A stretch of DNA of 64,000 nucleotides from Gammaproteobacteria bacterium (GTDB lineage: Bacteria; Pseudomonadota; Gammaproteobacteria; Ga0077536), in NCBI GenBank assembly GCA_050247235.1, contig JBFWUN010000022.1, positions 1,016-65,015 of the forward strand, given 5' to 3'. The notes below the pieces were generated by a model that was not told where the DNA came from, made no database searches, and saw only the letters and a program-made list of their open reading frames with translations. Both the position numbers and the translations under genes were made by a program. Positions 1-7,817 of the stretch are shown piece by piece. Within the stretch, counting starts at the first letter, position 1. Every line of letters begins with the position of its first letter.

Positions 1-665
1 ATGTCCCAGATGGGGGGCGTGACGGAATCGTCCACGCAGGCTGCGGTCGACTGGCCGACCTCGCCGAACGTCGCGCCGGTGGACAGCGCGTGGCGCAGCA
101 CGCCGGACTGCGGCAGTCCGTCGTCGACCTTCAAATCGAGTTCGCGCATCACGTTGACCGGGATGCCGCGGCCGAGCACGAGGTTCAGCCGGTCGGTCGG
201 CGTGGCTTCCGTGTCGTAGTAATCGTTGGAGCGGAACAGCACGAGGAACCCGTTGAAGGCGTTGCGCGGTGCGAGATCGGTGTCCGTTGCGGTGGGCGCA
301 GCGTCCCCGCCGACGAACGCGCCCTGGATGAAACCTGCGCGGGACAGCTGTTCCCACAGCGCGAGCGCTTCCGTCCAGTCGGTGGTGTGCCGATCGAGTC
401 GTCCGTTGCCATTGCCGCCCGTCGTGACCCCGGGAATCGCCTGCGCCGCGTTGGCGGCCGGCCAGTCCCCCGGCACCTGCCGGAAGCGATCGACGAAGCC
501 GTAGTACGCGGCCTGCACGCCGGAGTTCTGGTCCGCGATGTTGCGGACCCGCGCGCTCGTGATGAGTTCCTGGCCTTTCAGGATGCCGCCGAGCAGCAGG
601 CCGATGATGACGAGCACAATTGCAATTTCGACCAGGGTGAAACCTTGCTGACGGCGAGTGGACAT
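1..665 (-). CDS. Type IV pilin-like protein with a prepilin N-terminal cleavage/methylation motif; the 3' end runs off the window
   Basis: Absent from the ORF track because no stop codon lies in the window. The reverse complement of 601-665 reads ATG TCC ACT CGC CGT CAG CAA GGT TTC ACC CTG GTC GAA ATT..., giving MSTRRQQG|FTLVEIAIVLVIIGLLLGGILKGQELITSARVRNIADQNSGVQAAYYGFVDRFRQVPGDW. That is a short basic leader, a Gly, then an F-T-L-x-E hydrophobic helix. The frame stays open down to position 2 (more than 221 codons) with G/C-rich third positions. Confidence 0.85.
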   Translation of the reverse strand, partial: MSTRRQQGFTLVEIAIVLVIIGLLLGGILKGQELITSARVRNIADQNSGVQAAYYGFVDRFRQVPGDWPAANAAQAIPGVTTGGNGNGRLDRHTTDWTEALALWEQLSRAGFIQGAFVGGDAAPTATDTDLAPRNAFNGFLVLFRSNDYYDTEATPTDRLNLVLGRGIPVNVMRELDLKVDDGLPQSGVLRHALSTGATFGEVGQSTAACVDDSVTPPIWD

Positions 666-705
666 GCGCGGATCCGGGAATGTGAAAGGAGTCACTGAAG
701 GCGTG

Positions 706-721
706 TGCAGGATCCGCGCCA
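706..721 (-). promoter_or_regulatory. Candidate sigma54 (-24/-12) promoter for the pilin gene
   Basis: The minus strand reads TGGCGCGGATCCTGCA against the consensus TGGCACG-N4-TTGCW. The GG and GC dinucleotides have the correct spacing, and 10 of the 12 specified consensus positions match. It lies 40 nt upstream of the pilin ATG at 665. An 8-nt inverted repeat sits upstream, TTTTCCCG at 749-756 and CGGGAAAA at 796-803, and could be an enhancer site. A sigma54 enhancer-binding protein is encoded in the same locus (16696-18132). Confidence 0.55.
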
Positions 722-817
722 AGGGCCGGCGCGCTGATCCGGCGAGGGTTTTCCCGGCGAGCACGGCTCGGACTGTCGTCGATCGGTCACTCTGTCGGGA
801 AAATGACAACGCCTCGC

Positions 818-1552
818 TCAGCGCGGCGCGCGGGACGCCGCGGCGGCTTCGAGCGCCGCGAGCCGCCCGGTGAGCCACCGCTGTTCGTGCGGGTCGGTGA
901 CCTGGCCGCTCGCGAGCAGGCCGCCCAGCAGCACCTTGGCGGCCTCGATCTCGCCCATGTCCTCCAGCACGAAGATCTCGAGCTGCCGGGCCCAGGAGGG
1001 GATCTCCGGCGCATCCGCCCGTGCGAGCCGCCGCGCGTAGTCCCGCGCCAGCGGCAGGTCGTGGAGCCGGTGCCGCGCCACGAAGACCGCGTGTGCCAGC
1101 CACGGCCAGCGCCGGGCCGGGTCCGCGGCGAACGCGCGGGCGACGAAATCGAGCATCCGGCGGCTGCGCGCCGCCTCGGGCACCTCCGCGTACAGCCGGC
1201 TCGCCGCGAGCAGCGGGTATTGCGCGGCCGGGTCGAGCGCGAGCGACAGCGCAAGCCAGTCTTCCAGCCGCGCGTAATCGAGCGCCGCGAACGGCAGCGA
1301 CACGCCGGCCTGGTCGTCGAACGCCTGCAGCCACAGGCTCACGATCTTCGCGGCGACGGGCAGTTCGCCGAGCGCCGCCACGCGTGCCACGGACGGCGCC
1401 GGCGGGCGCGGCAGCGCGGCGGCGCGGGGGCGCGTCGGCGCGAGCCCCGCACGCCATCCGGCGTGCAGCACCAGCAGCAGCGGCAGCGCGACGCGCAGGC
1501 TCACCGGCACGTCACGCCACGGGCGCTGCGCAACCCGCGCGAACACGTTCAC
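818..1552 (-). CDS. Hypothetical protein with an N-terminal hydrophobic anchor or signal and a helical, TPR-like Leu/Ala/Arg-rich body
   Basis: 244-aa ORF with a GTG start and strong G/C third-position bias. N-terminus reads ...VSLRVALPLLLVLHAGW. Its start overlaps the stop of the upstream permease gene as GTGA at 1549-1552. I recognise no family motif. Confidence 0.6.
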   Translation of the reverse strand: MNVFARVAQRPWRDVPVSLRVALPLLLVLHAGWRAGLAPTRPRAAALPRPPAPSVARVAALGELPVAAKIVSLWLQAFDDQAGVSLPFAALDYARLEDWLALSLALDPAAQYPLLAASRLYAEVPEAARSRRMLDFVARAFAADPARRWPWLAHAVFVARHRLHDLPLARDYARRLARADAPEIPSWARQLEIFVLEDMGEIEAAKVLLGGLLASGQVTDPHEQRWLTGRLAALEAAAASRAPR

Positions 1553-2322
1553 GCGGCGCGTCGCTCGCAGTCGACCATGCCGATCACCACGAGCACCGCC
1601 GCGAAGAGCACGGTCTCAATGGCAACGAACGCGAGCTCCGCGGCGTCCGGCGCGGCGCGCAGCAGCCACGCGCTCGGCGCGAAGCGCGCGAGATCCGGCA
1701 AGAGGACATGGAGCCCGCGCAGCACGCTGCCGGCAGCCTCCGCGAACGGCGAGACCCCCGCGAGCAGCGGATCCTCGGCAAGCCACACCAGCGCCTGCAG
1801 CGAGCGGCACAGCACGTAGAACCCGCCGACCGCGAGGCTCGCGAAGGCGAAATGGCCGAGGCTCACGGCCGCGGTCAGCGCGGCGGCGCCGACCAGCACG
1901 AGCTCCCCCGCGAGTGCACCGGTCCAGGCGGCGGCCGCAGCCGGCGCGCACCACGCGAACAGCGGCAACCCGGCGAGCGCCGCGGCAAGCGTCGTGGCGA
2001 GCGCCCCGCCAGCGAATTTCCCCGCGAGCCAGGTCCGGCGCGCGAGCGGGCGCGACAGCAGGAGGTCGCGCAGGCCGTCATCGATCTCGCGCACCACGTT
2101 CTGCACGACAACGAGCGCGGTCGTCGCGACCAGCCCGAGCCGCACGGCGGCGGCATAGAACGCGATCCGGAACTCCGCGCTCTCGGTGATCGCGAGGCTG
2201 GCGCCGAACGCGGCGAGCCCCCATGCGAGCGCCACCACGCCGAGCACCGCGCGCGCGAAGTGGCTGCGCACGAACTCGCGCACGGTGAGCTGCACCAGGC
2301 TGTTAAACTGTCGAGCGCGCAC
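1549..2322 (-). CDS. ABC-2-type permease-like polytopic membrane protein with no adjacent ATPase
   Basis: This is the C-terminal 257 codons of the 637-aa track ORF, with a GTG start at 2322 (VRARQFNSLVQLTVREF...). It has about six hydrophobic segments and the motif REIDDGLRDLLLSRPLARRTWLAGKF. That resembles the E-x-G-T-x-E-LL-x-P-x-x-R-x-x-x-x-GK motif of NosY/GldF-type ABC-2 permeases; compare FAGERRNGVLPLWYAAPVRLTALVLGKF in the permease at 42724-43473. The part of the ORF upstream of 2322 is antisense to the kinase gene. Confidence 0.6.
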   Translation of the reverse strand: MRARQFNSLVQLTVREFVRSHFARAVLGVVALAWGLAAFGASLAITESAEFRIAFYAAAVRLGLVATTALVVVQNVVREIDDGLRDLLLSRPLARRTWLAGKFAGGALATTLAAALAGLPLFAWCAPAAAAAWTGALAGELVLVGAAALTAAVSLGHFAFASLAVGGFYVLCRSLQALVWLAEDPLLAGVSPFAEAAGSVLRGLHVLLPDLARFAPSAWLLRAAPDAAELAFVAIETVLFAAVLVVIGMVDCERRAA

Positions 2323-2373
2323 GCGCCGATTGTACGGCGCGGCCACGAGCCCCGGCACCCTGTGGCGAACCCC

Positions 2374-4053
2374 ATGTTCGACGTTTCCGTCCTGCTCGAC
2401 CGGCGCCGCGATCACTGGGTGCTCGCGGGCATGCTGTGGCTGCTGCATGCCGCGCTGCAGGCCGCCCCGGAGAGTCCGTTCGCGCGCGCACTGATGACGG
2501 CCCATCTCGGACTCTTCTTCCTGTGGCAGCCGCTGTGGCAGCGCGAACAGCGCCTGGACCGTGGCGCCGTGGTAATCATCCTCGCGTTCGTCGCGACGTT
2601 CGTCGGCACCCTGAACGGCGGCTGGCTGTTCGCGTGGGTCATCCTGCTGATCGGCATCGTCGCCGGGCGTGCGCGCAGCGTGCGGCGCGAACGCCTGGCC
2701 TACATGCTGGGACTCGCCTGCCTGGTGTCCGAGCTGCTGCTCGGCGTGGTGCCGCTGCTGTTCGCCACGGGCGCGGTGGCGCCCGCGGTGGCGGAGGCGT
2801 TCCGCTTCGGGCTTTACGTCGTGCCCGGCGCGATCGCGCTGATCCCGGCGGCGACCGTCGCCCGCCAGACATTTCCGATCGACTTCCTGCGCGGGATCAT
2901 CGTCGCGCTGCTGACCGCGCTGCTCGCGCTCGGCAGCGTGCAGCTCACGCAGACCCGCGCGCTCGACTACGCCACTGCACTGTTCGTGTCGCTGCTTGCG
3001 GTGGCCGCGTTCCTGGTGTTCATCAGCTGGCTCGTGACCCCGACCGCCGGCACCGGGCTTGGCGCGCTGTGGGAGAAATCGGTGCTCAACATCGGCACGC
3101 CGTTCGAGGCCTGGATGGCGAGCCTCGCAGCGCGCGCGGCGGACAGCCCGGGCCCGGACTCGTTCCTGCGCGCCGCGCTCACCGAGCTCGTCGCGACACC
3201 CTGGATCGCGGGTGCCCGGTGGGAGGACGACGAAGGCGCCCATCTCGCAGGGGTCGAGACCCCGCGCGACACGCGCCTCGCGGCGGGCGACCTCGCGGTC
3301 ACCTTGTACCTCAACCATGCCCCCGGACCGACCCTGCTGCTGCACTGCCGGCTGCTGATCGACACGCTCAACCATTTCCACGCCGCGAAGCGACGCGAGC
3401 AGGAGCAGGCGCGCCAGGCGCACCTGCAGGCGATCTACGCGACCGGCGCGCGCCTGACCCACGACATCAAGAATCTCCTGCAGTCACTGAAACTGCTCGC
3501 CACCGCGGCGACCCGCGCGGGGCGTGAAGCGGACTCGCTGGAACTGCTGCAGCGCCAGCTGCCGGTGATCGTCCAGCGCCTGCAGTCGGCGCTCGACAAG
3601 CTCAACCAGCCGACCGCGGAGCCGGGCGCGACGGCGCCCATCGCGGCGTGGTGGGCACAGCTGATCGAGCGCCACGCCGCGCAGGCCGTCGCGCCAACCG
3701 CCCACCTGGACCACCCGGCGCGCGAGGTGCCGACGGATGTGCTGGACAGCATCGTCGAGAACCTGCTCGACAACGTCCGCCAGAAAGCGGCGGGACAACC
3801 GGACGTGACGCTTCACCTCGCGCTCGACGACCGCGCCGGCCGCCTGCGGATCTCGGTCGGTGATACCGGCGCGGCGATTCCCGAGGCGATCGCCCGCCAG
3901 CTGTTCCGGCAGGTGGTCCCGTCACGCGACGGGCTCGGCGTGGGGCTCTACCAGGCCGCGCAGCTCGCGCGCCACGCGGGATTCGAACTGCGTCTCGCGT
4001 CCAACATGCCGGGCGACGTGCGCTTCGAACTCGCGGACATGCGCCCCGCGTGA
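2374..4053 (+). CDS. Multi-TM sensor histidine kinase with PrsK-like/PilS-like architecture
   Basis: This is the last 559 codons of ORF 1021..4053, starting MFDVSVLLDRRRDHW. It has about 7-8 N-terminal hydrophobic segments. Kinase motifs present are the H-box ATGARLTHDIKNLLQSL, the N-box IVENLLDNVRQKA, G1 VGDTGAAIP and G2 GLGVGLYQAAQLA. The first 450 codons of the track ORF are Arg/Ala/Pro-rich shadow sequence antisense to 818-2322. Confidence 0.8.
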   Translation: MFDVSVLLDRRRDHWVLAGMLWLLHAALQAAPESPFARALMTAHLGLFFLWQPLWQREQRLDRGAVVIILAFVATFVGTLNGGWLFAWVILLIGIVAGRARSVRRERLAYMLGLACLVSELLLGVVPLLFATGAVAPAVAEAFRFGLYVVPGAIALIPAATVARQTFPIDFLRGIIVALLTALLALGSVQLTQTRALDYATALFVSLLAVAAFLVFISWLVTPTAGTGLGALWEKSVLNIGTPFEAWMASLAARAADSPGPDSFLRAALTELVATPWIAGARWEDDEGAHLAGVETPRDTRLAAGDLAVTLYLNHAPGPTLLLHCRLLIDTLNHFHAAKRREQEQARQAHLQAIYATGARLTHDIKNLLQSLKLLATAATRAGREADSLELLQRQLPVIVQRLQSALDKLNQPTAEPGATAPIAAWWAQLIERHAAQAVAPTAHLDHPAREVPTDVLDSIVENLLDNVRQKAAGQPDVTLHLALDDRAGRLRISVGDTGAAIPEAIARQLFRQVVPSRDGLGVGLYQAAQLARHAGFELRLASNMPGDVRFELADMRPA

Positions 4054-4060
4054 GTCGGCG

Positions 4061-4858
4061 TCACGGCAGGCGCCCGGCGCTGACCATGCGGCCGTTCAGG
4101 ATGCTCGGCGCGAGCCACGCGACGAGATCGTCGTATTCGCACAGCGGCGTCGCCTCGTTCGCGTCATCGCTGCAGCCGGCGGCCTCGCGCGTGTAACCGC
4201 GCGACATGAACACCGCGTCGCCGTCAGCGTTCGCGCGCTCGTCGTCGCCGCCCGGCGCGGGCAGCAGTACGCCGGTCGCGCTGCGCGCGCCGAAGCCATT
4301 GCGGCCGTGCGAGATCACCACCGCCGGCAGCGCCGTCGCGTAGGTCGCGAGCAGGAACTTGCTCTCGGTACCGGCCGTGGCCGGATTGTCGCCGCGACCC
4401 TGTACGGTCAGGTTGCCGGTGCTGCAGAGATCGAAGTGCCCGGGCGCGCCGTTGCCGTTGCACAGGCCGTCGCTCTCCGGCTGCGTGTACGCCGGGTTCG
4501 CTACCGCGTACGTGAACAGGTTGCCCCAGGCATCGGCCGGCGCGACCCCGAGATCGCTCCACGGCAGCAGGCCCACGGTGACCGTGCACACCGCGGTCGC
4601 GGGATTGCCGGGGTCGAACACCGGATCGGCGCGGCCGTCGCCGTCGGCGTCCGGACAGGGCAGGCGCCGCGCAGTGATCGCGAAGCCGCCGAGTGCCTCG
4701 ACGATGCGGTCGAGCGCCTCCTGGGTCTGCCGGCGATCGCGCGCTTCGAGCTGCGTCTCGAGCGGACCGAACAGCCCCGCGATCAGCAGCCCGAGGATGA
4801 ACAGCACCACCGTGATCTCGAGCAGGGTGAATCCGCGGTCACGCGGTCGGTGCATCAT
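4061..4858 (-). CDS. Minor pilin / pseudopilin-like protein with a prepilin methylation motif
   Basis: MMHRPRDRG|FTLLEITVVLFILGLLIAGLF..., with the start taken at the MM ten codons into the track ORF. About 265 aa. It contains RRLPCPDADGDGRADP and GLLPWSDLGV...DAWGNLFTYAVANPAY. Confidence 0.8.
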   Translation of the reverse strand: MMHRPRDRGFTLLEITVVLFILGLLIAGLFGPLETQLEARDRRQTQEALDRIVEALGGFAITARRLPCPDADGDGRADPVFDPGNPATAVCTVTVGLLPWSDLGVAPADAWGNLFTYAVANPAYTQPESDGLCNGNGAPGHFDLCSTGNLTVQGRGDNPATAGTESKFLLATYATALPAVVISHGRNGFGARSATGVLLPAPGGDDERANADGDAVFMSRGYTREAAGCSDDANEATPLCEYDDLVAWLAPSILNGRMVSAGRLP

Positions 4859-4862
4859 GGGA

Positions 4863-6731
4863 TCACTCCAGGGGATCCAGCGCACGCACCCGGTCGTCGA
4901 ACGCGGCGCCCTGATCGCGCTGCTCGAAGACGTCGTCGTCCACGGCGTTGGCGTCTTCGTAATAGTCAGCGGGCGTAGTGCCCGGGCGCGTCTGCGGCAC
5001 GGCGCCGCCGAGCGCGCGCCCGGCGCCGAGCACCAGTGCGCGGGTTGCCACCGGCTGCGCGGGCGCGGTGCCGCGCGCGGTGTTTACGGTCAGGCAGCCG
5101 AGGGCATGCGTCGCGCAGTCGCCGCCGGTGTCACCGGGGGCGTAAGCCTGCGCATAGGCGACGAACACGCGGTGGTGCCATTCGTTCGCGCGCAGCCAGC
5201 GCGGCAGCTCGCCGGGCGAGCGGCGCGTCGCGGGGAGCGTGTCCGGGGTCGGGTCGACGGCCGGATCCGTCGGGTCACGCACGCCGTCGTCATCCACTTC
5301 GAGATCGAACGGCACCTCGGCGAGTTCGAACGCGTCCACGAGATCGCCGCCGGCGAGCACGAGGCGCGAGCTGCCGAGCGCGAGCAACGTGCCGTCAGGC
5401 TCGATCCGCGTGTCGCTGAGTTCGAGTTCGAGGCGCTCGGCGACCGGCAGGGTCTCGGCATTGCGCGCGAAACGCTGACGGCGCGGCGTGGTCGCGTCCG
5501 GCGCGTCGATCCGGTACGGCCAGCCCGTCAGCACCGCGGTGTAGGTGCGCCGCAGCCGCGGCGAGGTGCCCACTTCGCGCACCGCGTGGCAGCCCATGTG
5601 ACCGCCCGACGTGACCTTGCACAGGCCGGCCGCCCATTCGCCGCCTGGCACGCCGCTCACGTCCCCCGCCAGCGACAGCACGGCCGGCAGCGCGGTGCCC
5701 GACGTGCAGGCGGGATCCGCGCTCGCGCGGACGCAGGCTTCGAGCGGCGGCTGCGCGCCCGTCGTGGTCACGCTCCCGGCCGTGCCCGACGCCCAGCGCA
5801 GCACGAACGGCGCGGCGAACGCGAACGCGCTGCCGGCGATGTCCGCCGGGTCGCCATCCGGCGTCAGCGGATCGCCGTCCGGCCCCGGATCGGATTGCCT
5901 GAGCGGCAGCAGGCCGCGCCGGCGGCCGACTTCGCCGCGGAATGTCGCGGTCGCAGGCGGCGCGAACGGCGCCAGCCAGGGATACGCGCCGTGCGCGGCG
6001 TGGTACCGGCGGAGCGCGTCGGCGACCTCCGCGAGCACCCGCGCTTCGACCGCCCCCATCAGTTCCCGGCGCGTGATCGCGCGTACCGTGTCGTTCGCGG
6101 TCGCGCTGCGCTCGGCGGTGAAGCAACCATCGCCGCGGGTCGCGTTGTCGCCTTCCAGGTAGGCCGCCGGATCGAACACGGCAGGTCCGCGTGCCTGCGT
6201 GCCGAGCCCGGCGCCCGGCGCGATGATCAGCGCGACCACGTCATCGCTGCCCGTGCACGGTGCGACATCGAGCGTGCCCGCGGTGTCCGTGTTCAGCACG
6301 CCTGCCAGGTGCGACCGGTACGGATCCGCCACGGCGTACCATGGCGGGGCGCCGCTCGCGTCCGTCAGCGCCGGCAGGTCGAGCGTGTGCCACGGCAGGC
6401 GGCCGGTCTCGGTGCCGGAAGACAGCGCGCACGGCGAATCGGCGGCGCCGAGCGGTTCCCCGGGATCGACCCGGAGGTCCGGGCACGGCAGGCGGCCGGG
6501 GCCGGTGTCGAGCGGCACCCCGGGGTTGTCGGGATAGCGCACCGCGTAGCCGAGCAGCGCATCGCGCGCGGCCTGGAGCGTGCGGCCGGTGGCGGCCGCG
6601 TCGGGGCCGCGCGCCGCGTTCAGCGCGCGCAGCAGGAAATACGCGCCGACACTCGTCAGCACCAGCAGCACCAGCAGGGTCGCGAGGCCGCGCTGGGGTC
6701 GCGCCGCGGGGATCTCAGTCGCGCGCGCCAT
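4863..6731 (-). CDS. Large pilus-associated protein with a PilX/MshP-like N-terminal hydrophobic segment; possible tip or adhesin component
   Basis: Start taken at Met59 of the track ORF: MARATEIPAARPQRGLATLLVLLVLTSVGAYFLL. About 622 aa. It shares the RLPCPD...GRLPW...WYAVADPY module with the neighbouring minor pilin and has an acidic stretch, DLEVDDDGVRDPTDPAVDPTPD. It overlaps the upstream gene by 17 nt. Confidence 0.6.
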   Translation of the reverse strand: MARATEIPAARPQRGLATLLVLLVLTSVGAYFLLRALNAARGPDAAATGRTLQAARDALLGYAVRYPDNPGVPLDTGPGRLPCPDLRVDPGEPLGAADSPCALSSGTETGRLPWHTLDLPALTDASGAPPWYAVADPYRSHLAGVLNTDTAGTLDVAPCTGSDDVVALIIAPGAGLGTQARGPAVFDPAAYLEGDNATRGDGCFTAERSATANDTVRAITRRELMGAVEARVLAEVADALRRYHAAHGAYPWLAPFAPPATATFRGEVGRRRGLLPLRQSDPGPDGDPLTPDGDPADIAGSAFAFAAPFVLRWASGTAGSVTTTGAQPPLEACVRASADPACTSGTALPAVLSLAGDVSGVPGGEWAAGLCKVTSGGHMGCHAVREVGTSPRLRRTYTAVLTGWPYRIDAPDATTPRRQRFARNAETLPVAERLELELSDTRIEPDGTLLALGSSRLVLAGGDLVDAFELAEVPFDLEVDDDGVRDPTDPAVDPTPDTLPATRRSPGELPRWLRANEWHHRVFVAYAQAYAPGDTGGDCATHALGCLTVNTARGTAPAQPVATRALVLGAGRALGGAVPQTRPGTTPADYYEDANAVDDDVFEQRDQGAAFDDRVRALDPLE

Positions 6732-7188
6732 CGGCGACCGGGGGCGCAGGATCGCGGGTGTCGTGCAAGGTGTCGCTCGCCGGATCGTAGGTCTGTCCCG
6801 CGCGCACCCGTCGCGGCGCGGACCCGTCGCGTGCGATCTCGAGACCGCTTCCGACCACCCGCGCATCCCCGTCCACGAACCCGGGAAGCGCGAGATGCCG
6901 CGCATCCCGGGGTTCGCCGTTGACCCACACGGTGGCCGGACCGTGTGAGCGGGTGACGATGCCGTTCAACGTGACGGGCGGCGGCGGTGCGCTCACCGGC
7001 ACCGGGTCGGTCGTCGCCGGCAACGCTGCCGGTTCGTCATGCCCGGCCGGTACGGGCGCGGTGACGGCGGCCCGCGCGGCGTCGAGCGCCGTGCGGGCTT
7101 CCCGATCGAAGAACAGCCGGCCGAGATCGTCCGCGTGCACCGCGCACGCCCAGGCCGCCAGGATCCCGAGAGCCGCGCCGTGTCGCAT
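6715..7188 (-). CDS. Small secreted protein, PilP/MshK-like
   Basis: Start at the internal Met of the track ORF, giving a signal peptide MRHGAALGILAAWACAVHA|DD. It has a Pro-rich linker, then VTLNGIVTRSHGPATVWVNGEPRD...RVRAGQTYDP. That matches the L-x-G-I...A-x-V-N-G...G pattern of PilP/MshK/GspC-HR-like domains. Its ATG shares one nucleotide with the stop of the upstream gene. Confidence 0.5.
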   Translation of the reverse strand: MRHGAALGILAAWACAVHADDLGRLFFDREARTALDAARAAVTAPVPAGHDEPAALPATTDPVPVSAPPPPVTLNGIVTRSHGPATVWVNGEPRDARHLALPGFVDGDARVVGSGLEIARDGSAPRRVRAGQTYDPASDTLHDTRDPAPPVADGARD

Positions 7189-7817
7189 CAGTCGACTCCC
7201 GTGCCCGCGGGCGGCGCCAGGGTGAACCACCGCAGCACGCACTCGGTCTGCAGCGCGGCGGTCGGGCCACCGGCCGTATCCGCGGGCCGGCTGTCGGCGC
7301 GCCGCAGCTCGCAGCGCTCCACGCTGAACAGGCCTTCGCCGCGCGCCTCGAGGTGCGCGAACAGGCGCGCCAGATCGCCCTCGTGCAGCAGCGCCGCGCT
7401 GATTTGCATCTCGCTGACACGGAGATCGAACGGGGCGCTCGCGAGCGGCACCTCCGGCGTGTAGGCCTGCTGCGCGTCGATCCGGTAGTCGAGCGCCGGG
7501 AGTCCCAGCGACCCGCTCGCCGTACGCACCGCCTCCACCCAGCTGAGCCGCCGCTCCGGGCCGATCACGCCACGTGCGTGCAGTGCGCGGAACGCCGGGT
7601 ACTGCGCTTCGATGATCCGTTCCTCGTCATCGACGGCGAGGTACTGGCGGCTGGCGGCCCGGAACTGCGCGAAGTTCGCGGTGTACTCCGCGTGCATGCC
7701 GCGCCAGAACCAGTCGCTGCTCCACAGGAGCAGGCCCGCGATCACCACGCTGACGGCGAACACGCCGAGCGCACCGCGCAGCACCCCCCACTCAGCCCTG
7801 GCGCGCGGCATGCGCAA
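7188..7817 (-). CDS. Bitopic inner-membrane pilus assembly protein, PilO/MshJ-like
   Basis: 209 aa with a single N-terminal TM segment (GALGVFAVSVVIAGLLLW) and a periplasmic domain of about 170 aa. It sits directly after the PilM-PilN fusion gene and overlaps it by 26 nt. Confidence 0.5.
   Translation of the reverse strand: MRMPRARAEWGVLRGALGVFAVSVVIAGLLLWSSDWFWRGMHAEYTANFAQFRAASRQYLAVDDEERIIEAQYPAFRALHARGVIGPERRLSWVEAVRTASGSLGLPALDYRIDAQQAYTPEVPLASAPFDLRVSEMQISAALLHEGDLARLFAHLEARGEGLFSVERCELRRADSRPADTAGGPTAALQTECVLRWFTLAPPAGTGVD

Noticed and set aside
666-721. A 10-nt inverted repeat, GCGCGGATCC ... GGATCCGCGC, flanking the pilin 5' region as a possible mRNA hairpin
   Set aside because: The left arm overlaps the proposed -24/-12 promoter and would lie upstream of the transcription start. 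It is unlikely to be an RNA structure. It may be coincidental in GC-rich DNA, or it may be a protein binding site.
1021-2373. The first ~450 codons of the 1010-aa ORF 1021..4053
   Set aside because: The composition is extreme Arg/Ala/Pro/Gly (…RRPRVPATASAGPGPRRTRGRRNRASGG…), with no domains. It lies antisense to two better-supported minus-strand genes. The recognisable kinase begins at Met 2374.
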